Shown: positions 27,548 to 38,942, numbered from the stretch's first letter. The stretch is 64,000 nucleotides of DNA from an uncultured Mariniphaga sp. (GCA_964398855.1 CAYNOQ010000002.1:170-64169); one strand, 5' to 3'. The notes: generated from the letters alone by a model not told the origin. Numbers and translations: made by a program.

Positions 27548-28357
27548 TTATCCTTGTTGTTTTTTAACTTGATATTTTACCAGCAAATCCAGAAGTGAAA
27601 TGGATGCGTCTTCCATATTATTCACAATGCTGTCAATTTTTGCAACACAGTAGTTGTAGAAGAACTGCAGGATAATTGCTACCAGCAAACCGCCCACAGT
27701 CGTAATCAAAGCTACTTTAATACCACCGGCAACCAGTGAGGGAGAAATATCCCCGGCAATTTCAATGGCATCGAAAGCAACAATCATCCCCACAACGGTT
27801 CCAAGGAACCCAAGCATAGGCGCCAGTGCAATAAACAGTGCAATCCAGCTTAATCCTTTTTCAAGGAGACCTGTCTGTACACCACCGTAGGAAATAATTG
27901 ATTTTTCAACCATGTCAATTCCATGATCGAAACGGTCAAGTCCCTGATAAAAAATACTGGCTACAGGACCCCGGGTTTTTCTGCAAACATCTTTTGCAGC
28001 CTCTACCCCTCCACTTTCAAGAGCCTGTTCAACTTTTACCAGCAGTTTTTTTGTGTTTGATGTTGCAAGATTCAGATAGAGAACTCTTTCAATTGCAAAC
28101 GCCAAACCTAAAATCAAACTGATTAAAATGAAGGACATAAACATTGGACCGCCTTCAATAAACTTCTGTTTGAGCTGGCTGTGCAGTGACTGTCCTCCTT
28201 CTGCTGCAGCGGCGGCTGCTTCAAAAGGATCAGCTGCCACTACCTGTTCTTGTTCCTGTTGATCAGCAGCGGGCTCCTGATCCTGAGCAACCACAGCATT
28301 TGTTGCCATGAAAAACAGCATTCCTGATAATGCCATTAAAGCGAATAGTCTTTTCAT
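27548..28357 (-). CDS. exbB: MotA/TolQ/ExbB proton-channel protein
   Basis: 269 aa with a signal-like N-terminus and a low-complexity acidic Q/E/A linker. ExbB core motifs are LGFLGTVVGMIVAFDAI and GGIKVALITTVGGLLVAI. Confidence 0.85.
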   Translation of the reverse strand: MKRLFALMALSGMLFFMATNAVVAQDQEPAADQQEQEQVVAADPFEAAAAAAEGGQSLHSQLKQKFIEGGPMFMSFILISLILGLAFAIERVLYLNLATSNTKKLLVKVEQALESGGVEAAKDVCRKTRGPVASIFYQGLDRFDHGIDMVEKSIISYGGVQTGLLEKGLSWIALFIALAPMLGFLGTVVGMIVAFDAIEIAGDISPSLVAGGIKVALITTVGGLLVAIILQFFYNYCVAKIDSIVNNMEDASISLLDLLVKYQVKKQQG

Positions 28358-28700
28358 AATAAATACGAATTTTTTAGTTAATAATCTCCTTGATACTTTA
28401 AAATTTATTTAATCTGAATATTTAATTCCTGATTTAACACAACAAATAACACGTTTTCAAATGAAAAAATCAAATTTAATGGAGTGAATTTTTTAGTTAA
28501 AATTTATAAAATCCGGATTTTTCCTATCGGAGCTAATTCTTTTTCTTTGTAATCTCGCTGATGTCCAGCGTTTTGCCTGTTTTTGCGTTTACTGAATCCT
28601 CACAATTTGCAAAAAGATTAATTTTTTTACTCCCGATTTTCAAAATTTCAAATCACTCTTTTTTTCATTTGCCGGGTAAAATGCCCGTTTCATTTTCAAG

Positions 28701-28787
28701 CGGAGAGAGAGGGATTCGAACCCTCGGTACCGTTTCCGGTACACACGCTTTCCAGGCGTGCCAGATAAGCCACTCCTGCACCTCTCC
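28701..28787 (-). tRNA. tRNA-Ser (anticodon GGA)
   Basis: The reverse complement is GGAGAGGTGCAGGAGTGGCTTATCTGGCACGCCTGGAAAGCGTGTGTACCGGAAACGGTACCGAGGGTTCGAATCCCTCTCTCTCCG. It has a 7-bp acceptor stem, anticodon stem CACGC/GCGTG with loop CTGGAAA, a long variable arm GTACCG-GAAA-CGGTAC, and T-arm GAGGG-TTCGAAT-CCCTC. CCA is not encoded. Confidence 0.93.
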
Positions 28788-29001
28788 AATTTTTTCAGAT
28801 TTGAAAATAAGTGCCAAAATTAATAAAAAATCAGGATAAAATGAGCTTGAAAAATTATTTCATGCAATTCCTGTAAAATAATCTCAAAGAAACTGAATGA
28901 AACTAAATTATGCGCAATCACCTGCTTTCGCTTTGTATATGTTTCGCATAACTTACTAAAGCTTTCTTTTGTTTTCGATAAAATTCAGGGAAAGGATACG
29001 A

Positions 29002-29766
29002 TTAAATTCCGAACAGGTTTCTTGCATTTTGGGTGGTTCTGCAGGCAACTTCATTCACCGGCAAATCAAAAACTTTGGCAATGGTCTGAATCACATAAAC
29101 AATATATGACGGCTCATTGCGCTTGCCCCGTTTGGGAACGGGCGCCAGATACGGGGAGTCTGTTTCAACTACGATATTTTCTAACGGAATATTTTTAATC
29201 ACTTTCTGCAATTCACTGTTTTTGAAGGTAACAACTCCACCAATACCCATCATAAAGCCTAAATCTACGATTTGTGAGGCTTCCTTCTCACTCCCTGTAA
29301 AGCAATGGAAAATACCTTTGAGCGAACCGTCCTGCTCTTCTCTGACGATGGAAATAATCTCCTGAAATGAGCTTCGCTCGTGAATAACAATTGGCAAATC
29401 ATGTTTTTTTGCCAGTTTAATCTGATATCTGAAAGCGTCTTGCTGCTCTTTTTTCAATGTTTTGTCCCAGTGCAGGTCAATGCCGATCTCCCCGATTCCA
29501 TAAAACTTTCTTTTTTCCAGCCAATATTCCACTGCCTGAAGCTCTTCCCTGTAGTCTGCGGCAACCGAAGAGGGATGCAGCCCCATCAGCGGAAAGCAGA
29601 GATGAGGATAAGTATCGGACAAATCAAGAAGACGCTTGACGGTTGAAGAGTCCAGATTGGGCAGGATTATCTTCTTGACACCATTGTCATAAGCCCGCTG
29701 AAGCACTTCGTCAATGTCGTGCAAATAGTCTTCAAGATAAATATGTGCATGTGTATCAACCAGCAT
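29002..29766 (-). CDS. tatD: TatD-family metal-dependent hydrolase/DNase
   Basis: I prefer ATG 29766 (MLVDTHAHIY) over the TTG at 29790 in the ORF track. Motifs GEIGIDLHW, PIVIHERS, GIFHCFTG and VVETDSPYLAP. Confidence 0.85.
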   Translation of the reverse strand: MLVDTHAHIYLEDYLHDIDEVLQRAYDNGVKKIILPNLDSSTVKRLLDLSDTYPHLCFPLMGLHPSSVAADYREELQAVEYWLEKRKFYGIGEIGIDLHWDKTLKKEQQDAFRYQIKLAKKHDLPIVIHERSSFQEIISIVREEQDGSLKGIFHCFTGSEKEASQIVDLGFMMGIGGVVTFKNSELQKVIKNIPLENIVVETDSPYLAPVPKRGKRNEPSYIVYVIQTIAKVFDLPVNEVACRTTQNARNLFGI

Positions 29767-29799
29767 TTTTAAAGCTTGAATTTGCTCCAAAAATAAAAA

Positions 29800-29862
29800 A
29801 GTGTTTTAATCTGACTGTGTTTTCAATTTTAACAAAAGATTAAATAATCAGATTAAAACACT
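29800..29862 (-). terminator. 15-bp perfect inverted repeat downstream of gdhA (long-loop terminator-like hairpin)
   Basis: agtgttttaatctga (29800-29814) pairs with tcagattaaaacact (29848-29862) around a 33-nt loop. On the minus strand it is followed by a T-rich tract (complement of aaaaataaaaa). Confidence 0.4.
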
Positions 29863-29890
29863 TGACAAACATAAAGTTGCATTTGCAAAA

Positions 29891-31234
29891 TCAGACTACT
29901 CCCTGATCGAGCATAGCATCAGCTATTTTCACAAATCCGCCAATGTTTGCACCTTTAATGTAATTTACCTTACTCTTTTGGTCAGATGTTACCCCATAGT
30001 TAACACAAGTGCTGTGAATATTCTCCATTATCACTTTCAGACGCTCGTCAACCTCTTCACTTGTCCAGTTAATCCGCATGTTATTTTGTGACATTTCTAA
30101 TCCGGAAACTGAAACTCCGCCTGCATTGACAGCTTTCCCCGGTGCAAAAACAATATTTTCCGAAAGAAATTCGGCAGCATCGGCAGTTGTTCCCATGTTG
30201 GAAACTTCGGCAACCAGATAGCAGTTGTTTTTCACTAGCTGCCGTGCATCGTCAATGTTCAGCTCATTTTGTGTTGCGCAGGGCATTGCTACGTTTAGAG
30301 GAACTTCCCACGGTTTTTCCCCTGGAATAAATTTTGCGCCGAACTCTTGTGCATAAGGCTCAACCACATCATTGTTGGAAGCCCGCAGTTCGAGCATATA
30401 GTCAACTTTTTCGCCTTTCACTCCGTTGGGATCATAAATGTATCCGTCGGGACCGGAAATAGTAACCACTTTGCCACCCAGTTCATTGATTTTTTCAACC
30501 GTTCCCCAGGCAACATTTCCGAAACCGGAAACACCGAAAGTGAGTCCTTCAATATCTTTCCCCATGCGTCTGAGCATGTGCTGCACAAAATAGACTGCTC
30601 CATAGCCGGTGGCTTCCGGGCGAATGAGGCTGCCTCCCCATCCAAGTCCCTTTCCGGTGAAAACTCCGGTGAATTCGTTGTTGAGCCTTTTATACTGACC
30701 ATAAAGGTAGCCGATTTCGCGCTTTCCAACGCCAATATCACCTGCCGGAACGTCAGTGTTGTGCCCGATGTGCCGGAAAAGCTCGTTCATAAACGACTGG
30801 CAGAAACGCATGATTTCGCTGTCTGATTTTCCTTTCGGACTAAAATCGGAACCGCCTTTTCCACCGCCCATCGGCAGGGAAGTAAGACTGTTCTTGAAAG
30901 TTTGCTCGAAACCTAAAAACTTCAGGATGCTTAAATTGACACTTTGATGAAAACGGATTCCTCCTTTATAGGGACCGATGGCGGAATTGAACTGAATTCG
31001 GTATCCGCGGTTTATCTGAATTTCTCCCTTATCGTCAACCCAGGGAACACGAAAAATAATGGTGCGCTCAGGCTCTACCATTCTTTCGAGAATTTTTGCA
31101 CGCTGGTATTGTGGTTTTTGCTGATAGTGTTCCCAGACGGAACCGACCACTTCTTCAACTGCCTGATGAAACTCTGTTTCCCCGGGTGTTCTCTGTTCTA
31201 CGCTGGCAAGGAATTCGTTAATTGATACTGTCAT
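29891..31234 (-). CDS. gdhA: NADP-specific glutamate dehydrogenase
   Basis: 447 aa. Active-site Lys motif LPMGGGKGGSDFSPKGKS, Rossmann GVSGFGNVAWG, and full-length similarity pattern of GdhA. Confidence 0.93.
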   Translation of the reverse strand: MTVSINEFLASVEQRTPGETEFHQAVEEVVGSVWEHYQQKPQYQRAKILERMVEPERTIIFRVPWVDDKGEIQINRGYRIQFNSAIGPYKGGIRFHQSVNLSILKFLGFEQTFKNSLTSLPMGGGKGGSDFSPKGKSDSEIMRFCQSFMNELFRHIGHNTDVPAGDIGVGKREIGYLYGQYKRLNNEFTGVFTGKGLGWGGSLIRPEATGYGAVYFVQHMLRRMGKDIEGLTFGVSGFGNVAWGTVEKINELGGKVVTISGPDGYIYDPNGVKGEKVDYMLELRASNNDVVEPYAQEFGAKFIPGEKPWEVPLNVAMPCATQNELNIDDARQLVKNNCYLVAEVSNMGTTADAAEFLSENIVFAPGKAVNAGGVSVSGLEMSQNNMRINWTSEEVDERLKVIMENIHSTCVNYGVTSDQKSKVNYIKGANIGGFVKIADAMLDQGVV

Positions 31235-31398
31235 TTTTGCTCGTAATTAAATTATTTTGAACAAAATTAGATAAGTAAATAAAAATGCGGGAAGATGAAG
31301 TGAAATTGCGTTAAATATTAATTTTTTTATAACTAATGGTTTGAAGTTTATTTCAGGTTAATTCTTTTAAATCAACACAATTAATGGCTGTTTTATAT

Positions 31399-31432
31399 AA
31401 AAAAGAAAGCCTTCCCAATTGAGAAGGCTTTC
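31399..31432 (-). terminator. Rho-independent terminator after groEL
   Basis: gaaagccttc (31405-31414) pairs with gaaggctttc (31423-31432). On the minus strand it is followed by a T-run (complement of aaaaaa at 31399-31404). Confidence 0.75.
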
Positions 31433-31466
31433 TGATTAATGAGATGTTATGTTGTATAATGATGTT

Positions 31467-33110
<1,644 letters not shown>

Positions 33111-33131
33111 TTAATTTTTGAAATTGTTAAT

Positions 33132-33410
33132 TTATGCAATGTACAATATGTCTGATTGTGACATCAGTAAATAATCTTCACCGTCTATCTGAAGTTCGGT
33201 GCCGGAATATTTTCCGTAAACTACTACATCACCCACTTTTATCTCCATGGGTTCATCTTTTTTGTCACCGCCTGTCAGAACTACTGTTCCTTGCTGTGGT
33301 TTTTCTTTTGCTGAATCGGGGATGATAATCCCGCTTTGTGTTTTTTCTTCAGCCTCCTGGGGTTGAACCAAAATTTTACCGGCCAGAATCTTACCTTTTA
33401 GCTTTGCCAT
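33132..33410 (-). CDS. groS: Co-chaperonin GroES
   Basis: 92 aa reading ..ILVQPQEAEEKTQSGIIIPDSAKEKPQQGTVV..GDVVVYGKYSGTE... It lies immediately upstream of groEL. Confidence 0.95.
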   Translation of the reverse strand: MAKLKGKILAGKILVQPQEAEEKTQSGIIIPDSAKEKPQQGTVVLTGGDKKDEPMEIKVGDVVVYGKYSGTELQIDGEDYLLMSQSDILYIA

Positions 33411-33646
33411 TATCTCTACTTTTAATTTTTAGTTGTTAAACATTTAATTTAAAAATCGAACTACGGTTTAGCATATTTTATACCAAATGAAAATAGCGCC
33501 TGTTTTTCGGGTAGAAAAAGACAAAATTGCACTCAGAAGTATAGTTTTATTTTTGGTGTTTATTGTAATATGTTGATTGTGAGTGATTATAGACGTTTGT
33601 GTCAATTCTGACAGGGTGGCAGTGAAACAGTTGAACCTGACTGCAC

Positions 33647-34618
33647 TTATTCAAAACGATATTTGTCAATATCGCGGAAACCACGGAGGAAGTCGGCAAT
33701 ATTCATCCGTTTTTTGCCCGAAAGCTGAATGTCGGTGATGGAAAGCCATCCGTCGCCACAGGCAACGTTCAGTCTGGTTTCGCCATCAGATTCTATGGTG
33801 CCGGGAGAAAGAATTTTCTCTATAATGACAGGTTGGGCAAAATATATTTTGCAGTTGATGCGCTCTTTGGTTTCATTACGAATAAGATAGGTCCATGCGG
33901 CAGGGTAGGGCGATAGACCACGGATTAGATTGCGGATATTGTGAGTTTCCCGGTTCCAGTCGATTTTAGTGTCCTCCTTAAAAATTTTAGGTGCCGGTTT
34001 TAGTATTTCATTTTGTATAAGTTCTTTCTGATTAACGGGTTTTATGTTTCCGTGCGCAAGCGCTTCCACTGTTTTGAGCACTAATCCGGCGCCGGTTTCC
34101 ATCAGGCGATCGTGAATATCGCCAACTGTATCATTTTCGTCAATTTCGGTTTCCTCGCTGAACAGAATCTGCCCGGTGTCGATTTCATGTGCCAATAAAA
34201 ATGTGGTAACTCCGGTTTTGATCTCTCCGTTAATGATTGCCCAATTGAGTGGCGCCGCCCCCCTGTATTGCGGCAACAGCGAAGCATGAAGATTAAAAGT
34301 GCCCAGGCGTGGCATGTTCCAGACCACTTCGGGCAACATCCGGAAAGCAACAATAATCTGCAAATCAGCCTTTAATGCTTTCAGTTCTTCAAGAAATTCG
34401 GGATTTTTGAGTTTTTCGGGTTGCAGAATTTTAAGGTTTTTCTTTGCCGCATATTGTTTAATGGCTGACTCTGAGAGTTTTTTTCCACGCCCGGCAGGTT
34501 TATCCGGGGCAGTTATAACCCCCACAACGTTGTAGCCGTTTTCAACAAGTGCCTGTAAGCTGGCAACTGCAAATTCTGGTGTACCCATAAAAACTATCCG
34601 AAGTTCCTTCCCTTTCAT
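33647..34618 (-). CDS. fmt: Methionyl-tRNA formyltransferase
   Basis: IVFMGTPEFAVASL and HASLLPQYRGAAPLNWAIING; 323 aa. Confidence 0.93.
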   Translation of the reverse strand: MKGKELRIVFMGTPEFAVASLQALVENGYNVVGVITAPDKPAGRGKKLSESAIKQYAAKKNLKILQPEKLKNPEFLEELKALKADLQIIVAFRMLPEVVWNMPRLGTFNLHASLLPQYRGAAPLNWAIINGEIKTGVTTFLLAHEIDTGQILFSEETEIDENDTVGDIHDRLMETGAGLVLKTVEALAHGNIKPVNQKELIQNEILKPAPKIFKEDTKIDWNRETHNIRNLIRGLSPYPAAWTYLIRNETKERINCKIYFAQPVIIEKILSPGTIESDGETRLNVACGDGWLSITDIQLSGKKRMNIADFLRGFRDIDKYRFE

Positions 34619-34774
34619 CTCAATAATTTTGGTTCTTCTGCAAATTTAACGGAATAGTTTGGTTTTGCTTTATTGATGCTCCTAAAGTTTGAGCTGAACT
34701 ACAATGGACTTATTGAGATAGATTTTTTAATAGTCAGTATCAGGACTTAAGGAAAAGCCGTATCTGAATCCTGC

Positions 34775-34810
34775 AAAAAAGGGAGAGTGAAATTTTTCAC
34801 TCTCCCTTTT
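34775..34810 (-). terminator. Terminator hairpin after tRNA-Pro
   Basis: aaaaaa-gggagagtgaa-attt-ttcactctccc-tttt: an 11-bp perfect stem flanked by A- and T-runs. Confidence 0.7.
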
Positions 34811-34815
34811 ATAAT

Positions 34816-34893
34816 CTGGTCGGGGTAGCCGGATTTGAACCGACGACCTCGTCGTCCCGAACGACGCGCGCTACCGGACTGCGCTATACCCCG
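34816..34893 (-). tRNA. tRNA-Pro (anticodon CGG), CCA encoded
   Basis: The reverse complement is CGGGGTATAGCGCAGTCCGGTAGCGCGCGTCGTTCGGGACGACGAGGTCGTCGGTTCAAATCCGGCTACCCCGACCA. Acceptor stem CGGGGTA/TACCCCG, anticodon stem CGTCG/CGACG with loop TTCGGGA. Confidence 0.93.
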
Positions 34894-35032
34894 CACTATT
34901 TTTCTTGCTCAAACAACTTTGTATTTAATTTCCTTCCCGGAAAAACGGTGCAAATTTAAACTTTTTTGGATAATCATAAGCTTTTATGCTGCAAAAGTCA
35001 CGGATATATTACCTGAAATACTTTACACGAAT

Positions 35033-36409
35033 TCATCGGTTAATTTTTCCGCGGGTGAATGAAAAATATATTCCCGTACTGCTTATCAGGGTGAAACTCA
35101 GAAACCCCCATTTCATCGTTTTTAAAAACAGGTCGGCAGAGACACTCTCCAGTGGTTGATTGCCAATGATTCCCGCAAAGAAAAGCGTTGCCACGGTCAT
35201 GCTGACAATTTGTCCTACCACGCGCATGGTTGCCGCCGTGCCGGATGCAAGCCCAAGCTGATTTTTCTGCACCGAGCTCATAATCGTATTCATGTTGGGT
35301 GACGAAAAAAATGCAAATCCTAATCCTTCCCAAAGTAAAAGCAAGACAATCAGCCAGATGGGTGTGTTGGCAGTCAGAAAGGAGAAGGCAGCCAACCCGA
35401 TGGCACATATGGACATGCCCAATGTGGCAAGATAACGGGGCTGAATGCGGTCTGAAAGTCTTCCGGCAATTGGTGAGAAAGTTGCCATCACAGCAGGCTG
35501 GGCAACTAAAATAATACCGGCATTCTGTGGCGAAAGTCCCTGAATTTTCTGCAAATACAAGCTCAGCAAAAACACAATGGCATAAGTGGCACTGTAGTTA
35601 ATCAACGCGGCAAGGTTTGAAAATGCAAACAGCCTGTTTCCTGTGAACATCCGGGTTTCGAGCACCGGAAGGGCAGAACGGCTTTCAATCAGCCAGAAAA
35701 GTACCAATGTCAGTATGCCGCCTGCCATCAGCAGCCAGCCTGAAACAGCCGGAATTGCCGATGAGCCGTAAACTAAAGTTACCAATCCGATCATGTAAAA
35801 AACTGTTCCAGTCAGGTTCATTTTCTTTCTTTCAGAACCGGGGGCGGGGTCTTTCCCCAAAAAACGTAAGGCTAACAGAATCGTGAGAACGCCGAGTACA
35901 GACGAGATAAAAAATATTGACCGCCATCCCAGATGTTGGGTGATTATTCCGCCAATAAACGGACCGAATGCCAGTCCGAGATAAACGGCTGAAACCGACA
36001 TGCCCAGCACTCTCCCGCGATATTGAGGTGAAAAGGCAGAAACCAATATTGCCGGACCGGTGGTACTGGAAAAAGCTGCGCCAATTCCCTGCAAAAACCG
36101 AAACAGAATGAGCCAGAAACCGGACGTGGAGAATCCGCAGATTATTGAAGATATGGTGAAAATGGTGACTCCGATTTTAAAAACACGGCGAATTCCGGTC
36201 AGGTCTCCCCAGCGACCCACAGGAAGCAGAAACATAGCCGAAGCTAACAGAAAAGATGTGATTACCCAGCTGAGTTTCACGGCGCTCAGCCCAAAACTTC
36301 TCTCAATTGCCGGCAGAGCAATATTTACCGACGAAATGAGAAATGAACCCATAAACGAAGTGATAGCAACAATTGCCAGAATCGAAATCTGCTTTTTTGT
36401 CCAATCCAT
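35033..36409 (-). CDS. MFS transporter (drug:H+ antiporter-like)
   Basis: 458 aa, all-hydrophobic multi-TM protein. MFS motif-A-like GRWGDLTGIRRV. N-terminus SSVNIALPAIERSF. Confidence 0.8.
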   Translation of the reverse strand: MDWTKKQISILAIVAITSFMGSFLISSVNIALPAIERSFGLSAVKLSWVITSFLLASAMFLLPVGRWGDLTGIRRVFKIGVTIFTISSIICGFSTSGFWLILFRFLQGIGAAFSSTTGPAILVSAFSPQYRGRVLGMSVSAVYLGLAFGPFIGGIITQHLGWRSIFFISSVLGVLTILLALRFLGKDPAPGSERKKMNLTGTVFYMIGLVTLVYGSSAIPAVSGWLLMAGGILTLVLFWLIESRSALPVLETRMFTGNRLFAFSNLAALINYSATYAIVFLLSLYLQKIQGLSPQNAGIILVAQPAVMATFSPIAGRLSDRIQPRYLATLGMSICAIGLAAFSFLTANTPIWLIVLLLLWEGLGFAFFSSPNMNTIMSSVQKNQLGLASGTAATMRVVGQIVSMTVATLFFAGIIGNQPLESVSADLFLKTMKWGFLSFTLISSTGIYFSFTRGKINR

Positions 36410-36521
36410 AAAATCTTTTCTTCAGGCTTTTAAACGATGGACAAAGATAATATATGCCTTTGGATATGTATTTTGAAAAGATGGTTAGTGTGGAAAACCG
36501 TTACTTTAAACAGCTATCGGT

Positions 36522-38942
36522 TTAAAAATTCAATTCGGGAAAACGTTTAATATCCGTTTCCCGCATCATTTCCCATACGGTTTCCACAATGATTTCCACG
36601 TTTGGTTTTGAAAAATACTCGCCGTCAATACCATAAGCCGGACGGTGCTCTTTTGCAGGACATGTGCGTGGCGATGCATCCAGATAGTCAAAAGCTTTTT
36701 GCTCTTCCAACACCTTTTGCATCATGTAGGCAGTTGCTCCGCCGGGAACATCTTCATCAATGAAAAGAACCTTGTTCGTTTTTTCGATAGATTTTCTGAT
36801 AATGTGGTGAGTGTCAAAAGGCATGAGCGTCTGCACGTCAATGACTTCGGCAGAAATGCCGAAACCGGCAAGCAGTCCGGCAGCTCTCACGGCATGGTGC
36901 ACATTCCACGCGTAGGTTACGAAAGTGATGTCCGTTCCTTCCCTGATGATTTCCGGAATTCCCAAAGGAATTCTAAATTCTCCCAGATTCAGTGGAAGTT
37001 TCTCTTTCAGGTTATACCCTTTCAGCGGTTCAATCACAATTGCCGGTTCACTGGCTTCCAGCAGGGTGTTATACATTCCGGCGGCGCGTGTCATATCGCG
37101 GGGAACGCAAAGATGAATTCCGCGTAGGGAACCGAGCATCATCTGCATGGGAGAGCCGGCGTGCCACATTCCCTGAAGCTGGTGCCCGCGTGTGCGCACG
37201 ATTACCGGTGCAATCTGCTTTCCTTTGGTGCGATATTGCAGACTTGCCAAATCGTCACTCAGTGTGGAGTGTGCATAAATCAGATAGTCTAAATACTGAA
37301 TTTCCGCAATTGGGCGGAAACCGCGCATTGCCATCCCGACTCCCTGTCCGATGATTGTTGTTTCCCGGATTCCGGCGTCTGAAACACGGTGTGCACCATA
37401 TTTATCATACATTCCGCGCATGCCCTGATTTACGTCTCCTAATTTTCCGGTGTCCTGACCAAAAGTTACCAAATTCGGATATTTGCTGAACAGAACATCG
37501 AAATTGCGGCTTAGAATTTCCGAGCCGTTTATTTCGATGTCTTCAGCATTGTAGTGTGGGGGAATTGGGTTAACATCAAGGGCAGAGCCGGTCTTCTCCC
37601 TGCGAAGATGTTTACTGTAAAATTCCAGGCTTTTTCTCTCAAATCCTGAAATCCAGCCGGCTAATAATTCTTTTTCTTCCGTTAAAATATCCTGAACGTG
37701 AATGGAATAGTAAATTCTTTTGGCAAAGCTGAGATATTTTCTGCGGGTGGGAAAAACGCGTTGCTTAATATCTTCCAATTGTTCGGTTTTGTCGATTTTT
37801 CCCTGCGTTGCTTCTTTTATTTGGTTCAGAATACGGGCAAGCTGAGAAACTTCTTCGTGAAAACCGCCCGAATAGTTTGCCCATGCATTTTTGCGCGCTT
37901 CCTTTGCTCTTTTAATTGCTCTGTTTTCGATTTGAATAATGGTTTCTATATCGGCTTTTCCATTTTTCAGCAACCAGTTTTTGAACTGATACAATCCGTC
38001 AAATTCATGTTCCCAGGCAAGACGTTCATCGCTTTTGTAGCGTTCGTGCGAGCCTGCCGTTGAGTGCCCTAATGGCTGTGTAAGCTCTTCAATATGAAAG
38101 AGAACAGGTGTGTGTGTGTTGCGGCAAACAGATATTCCTTCTTTAAAAGTTTCTACTAATCCGGGATAATCCCACCCTTTGCAGGAGTATATATTTATAC
38201 CGTTTGTGTTCTTTTCAGCTTGAAACCCTTGCAATGCTTTTGAAATACTTGATTTTGTCGTTTGCAATTCAACCGGCACGCTGATTCCGTAGCCGTCGTC
38301 ATATACTGTGACAGCCAACGGCACCTGCATTACGCCGGCAGCGTTGATGGTTTCAAAAAACATTCCTTCGGAAGTGCTTGCATCGCCAATGGTACCAAAT
38401 GCCACTTCATTTCCCGAAACGTTGTTGCTCAGGTGTTTTTTCATTTCCGGGTTTTCCCTGACAATTTTTGAAGCCTGAGCAAGCCCCAACAGTCGTGGCA
38501 TCTGTCCGCCTGTGGAGGATATGTCTGCTGCAGAGTTGTATTTTTCAGAAAGGTTTCTAATTTTACAATCATCGCCCACATTTGCCGTTGTAAAGTGGTT
38601 ATTGAAATTTCTGCCACCGGTGGAAGGGTTCATTTCGTCATCGGTTTCGCCATAAATCATGGCAAAAAACTCTTCGGGCTGCAAAAGTCCTAATGCAAGC
38701 ATGAGAGTCTGGTCGCGATAATAGCCTGAGCGCCAGTCGCCCTTTCGGAAAGTTTTTGCAAGCGCCAATTGAGGAAGCTCCTTCCCGTCGCCAAAAATGC
38801 CGAAATGAGCGCGTCCGTTGTGTACTTCCCGGCGTCCTAATATACTTAGCTGCCGGCTTAAAAAAGCGAGGTAATAATCATTCAGAATCTCTTCGGTTGT
38901 CAGTTGGCTGGTTACGGATATTTGCGTTTTTTCCAAATACAT
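36522..38942 (-). CDS. Fused E1 alpha/beta thiamine-diphosphate-dependent 2-oxoacid dehydrogenase component
   Basis: 806 aa. The N-half is E1-alpha-like (GDGKELPQLALAK, GTIGDASTSEG). The C-half is E1-beta/transketolase-like (GIRETTIIGQGVGMAMRGFRPIAEIQYLDYL, VRTRGH, VIDVQTLMPFD). Confidence 0.8.
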   Translation of the reverse strand: MYLEKTQISVTSQLTTEEILNDYYLAFLSRQLSILGRREVHNGRAHFGIFGDGKELPQLALAKTFRKGDWRSGYYRDQTLMLALGLLQPEEFFAMIYGETDDEMNPSTGGRNFNNHFTTANVGDDCKIRNLSEKYNSAADISSTGGQMPRLLGLAQASKIVRENPEMKKHLSNNVSGNEVAFGTIGDASTSEGMFFETINAAGVMQVPLAVTVYDDGYGISVPVELQTTKSSISKALQGFQAEKNTNGINIYSCKGWDYPGLVETFKEGISVCRNTHTPVLFHIEELTQPLGHSTAGSHERYKSDERLAWEHEFDGLYQFKNWLLKNGKADIETIIQIENRAIKRAKEARKNAWANYSGGFHEEVSQLARILNQIKEATQGKIDKTEQLEDIKQRVFPTRRKYLSFAKRIYYSIHVQDILTEEKELLAGWISGFERKSLEFYSKHLRREKTGSALDVNPIPPHYNAEDIEINGSEILSRNFDVLFSKYPNLVTFGQDTGKLGDVNQGMRGMYDKYGAHRVSDAGIRETTIIGQGVGMAMRGFRPIAEIQYLDYLIYAHSTLSDDLASLQYRTKGKQIAPVIVRTRGHQLQGMWHAGSPMQMMLGSLRGIHLCVPRDMTRAAGMYNTLLEASEPAIVIEPLKGYNLKEKLPLNLGEFRIPLGIPEIIREGTDITFVTYAWNVHHAVRAAGLLAGFGISAEVIDVQTLMPFDTHHIIRKSIEKTNKVLFIDEDVPGGATAYMMQKVLEEQKAFDYLDASPRTCPAKEHRPAYGIDGEYFSKPNVEIIVETVWEMMRETDIKRFPELNF

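Noticed and set aside
26000-28357. The MotA/ExbB-like cluster was considered as a Zorya-type or other MotAB-derived defence system.
   Set aside because: The sizes (269 aa ExbB, 156 and 192 aa ExbD) and motifs are those of the ordinary TonB-energising ExbBD. There is no long-tailed ZorA-like protein, no PG-binding ZorB, and no nuclease or helicase effector genes.
28367-28500. An exact 15-nt direct repeat gaattttttagttaa at 28367-28381 and 28486-28500, upstream of exbB.
   Set aside because: The sequence is extremely AT-rich and low-complexity, and it lies in an AT-rich promoter region. I cannot exclude a chance match and it fits no known operator.
28561-28839. A 92-aa ORF overlapping tRNA-Ser, and a 75-aa ORF at 34835..35062 overlapping tRNA-Pro.
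   Set aside because: Both read through well-formed tRNA genes on the opposite strand, so they are spurious.
33411-33646. A CIRCE/HrcA operator (TTAGCACTC-N9-GAGTGCTAA) upstream of groES.
   Set aside because: I found only weak fragments (ttagcat, ttgcactc) and no inverted-repeat arrangement.
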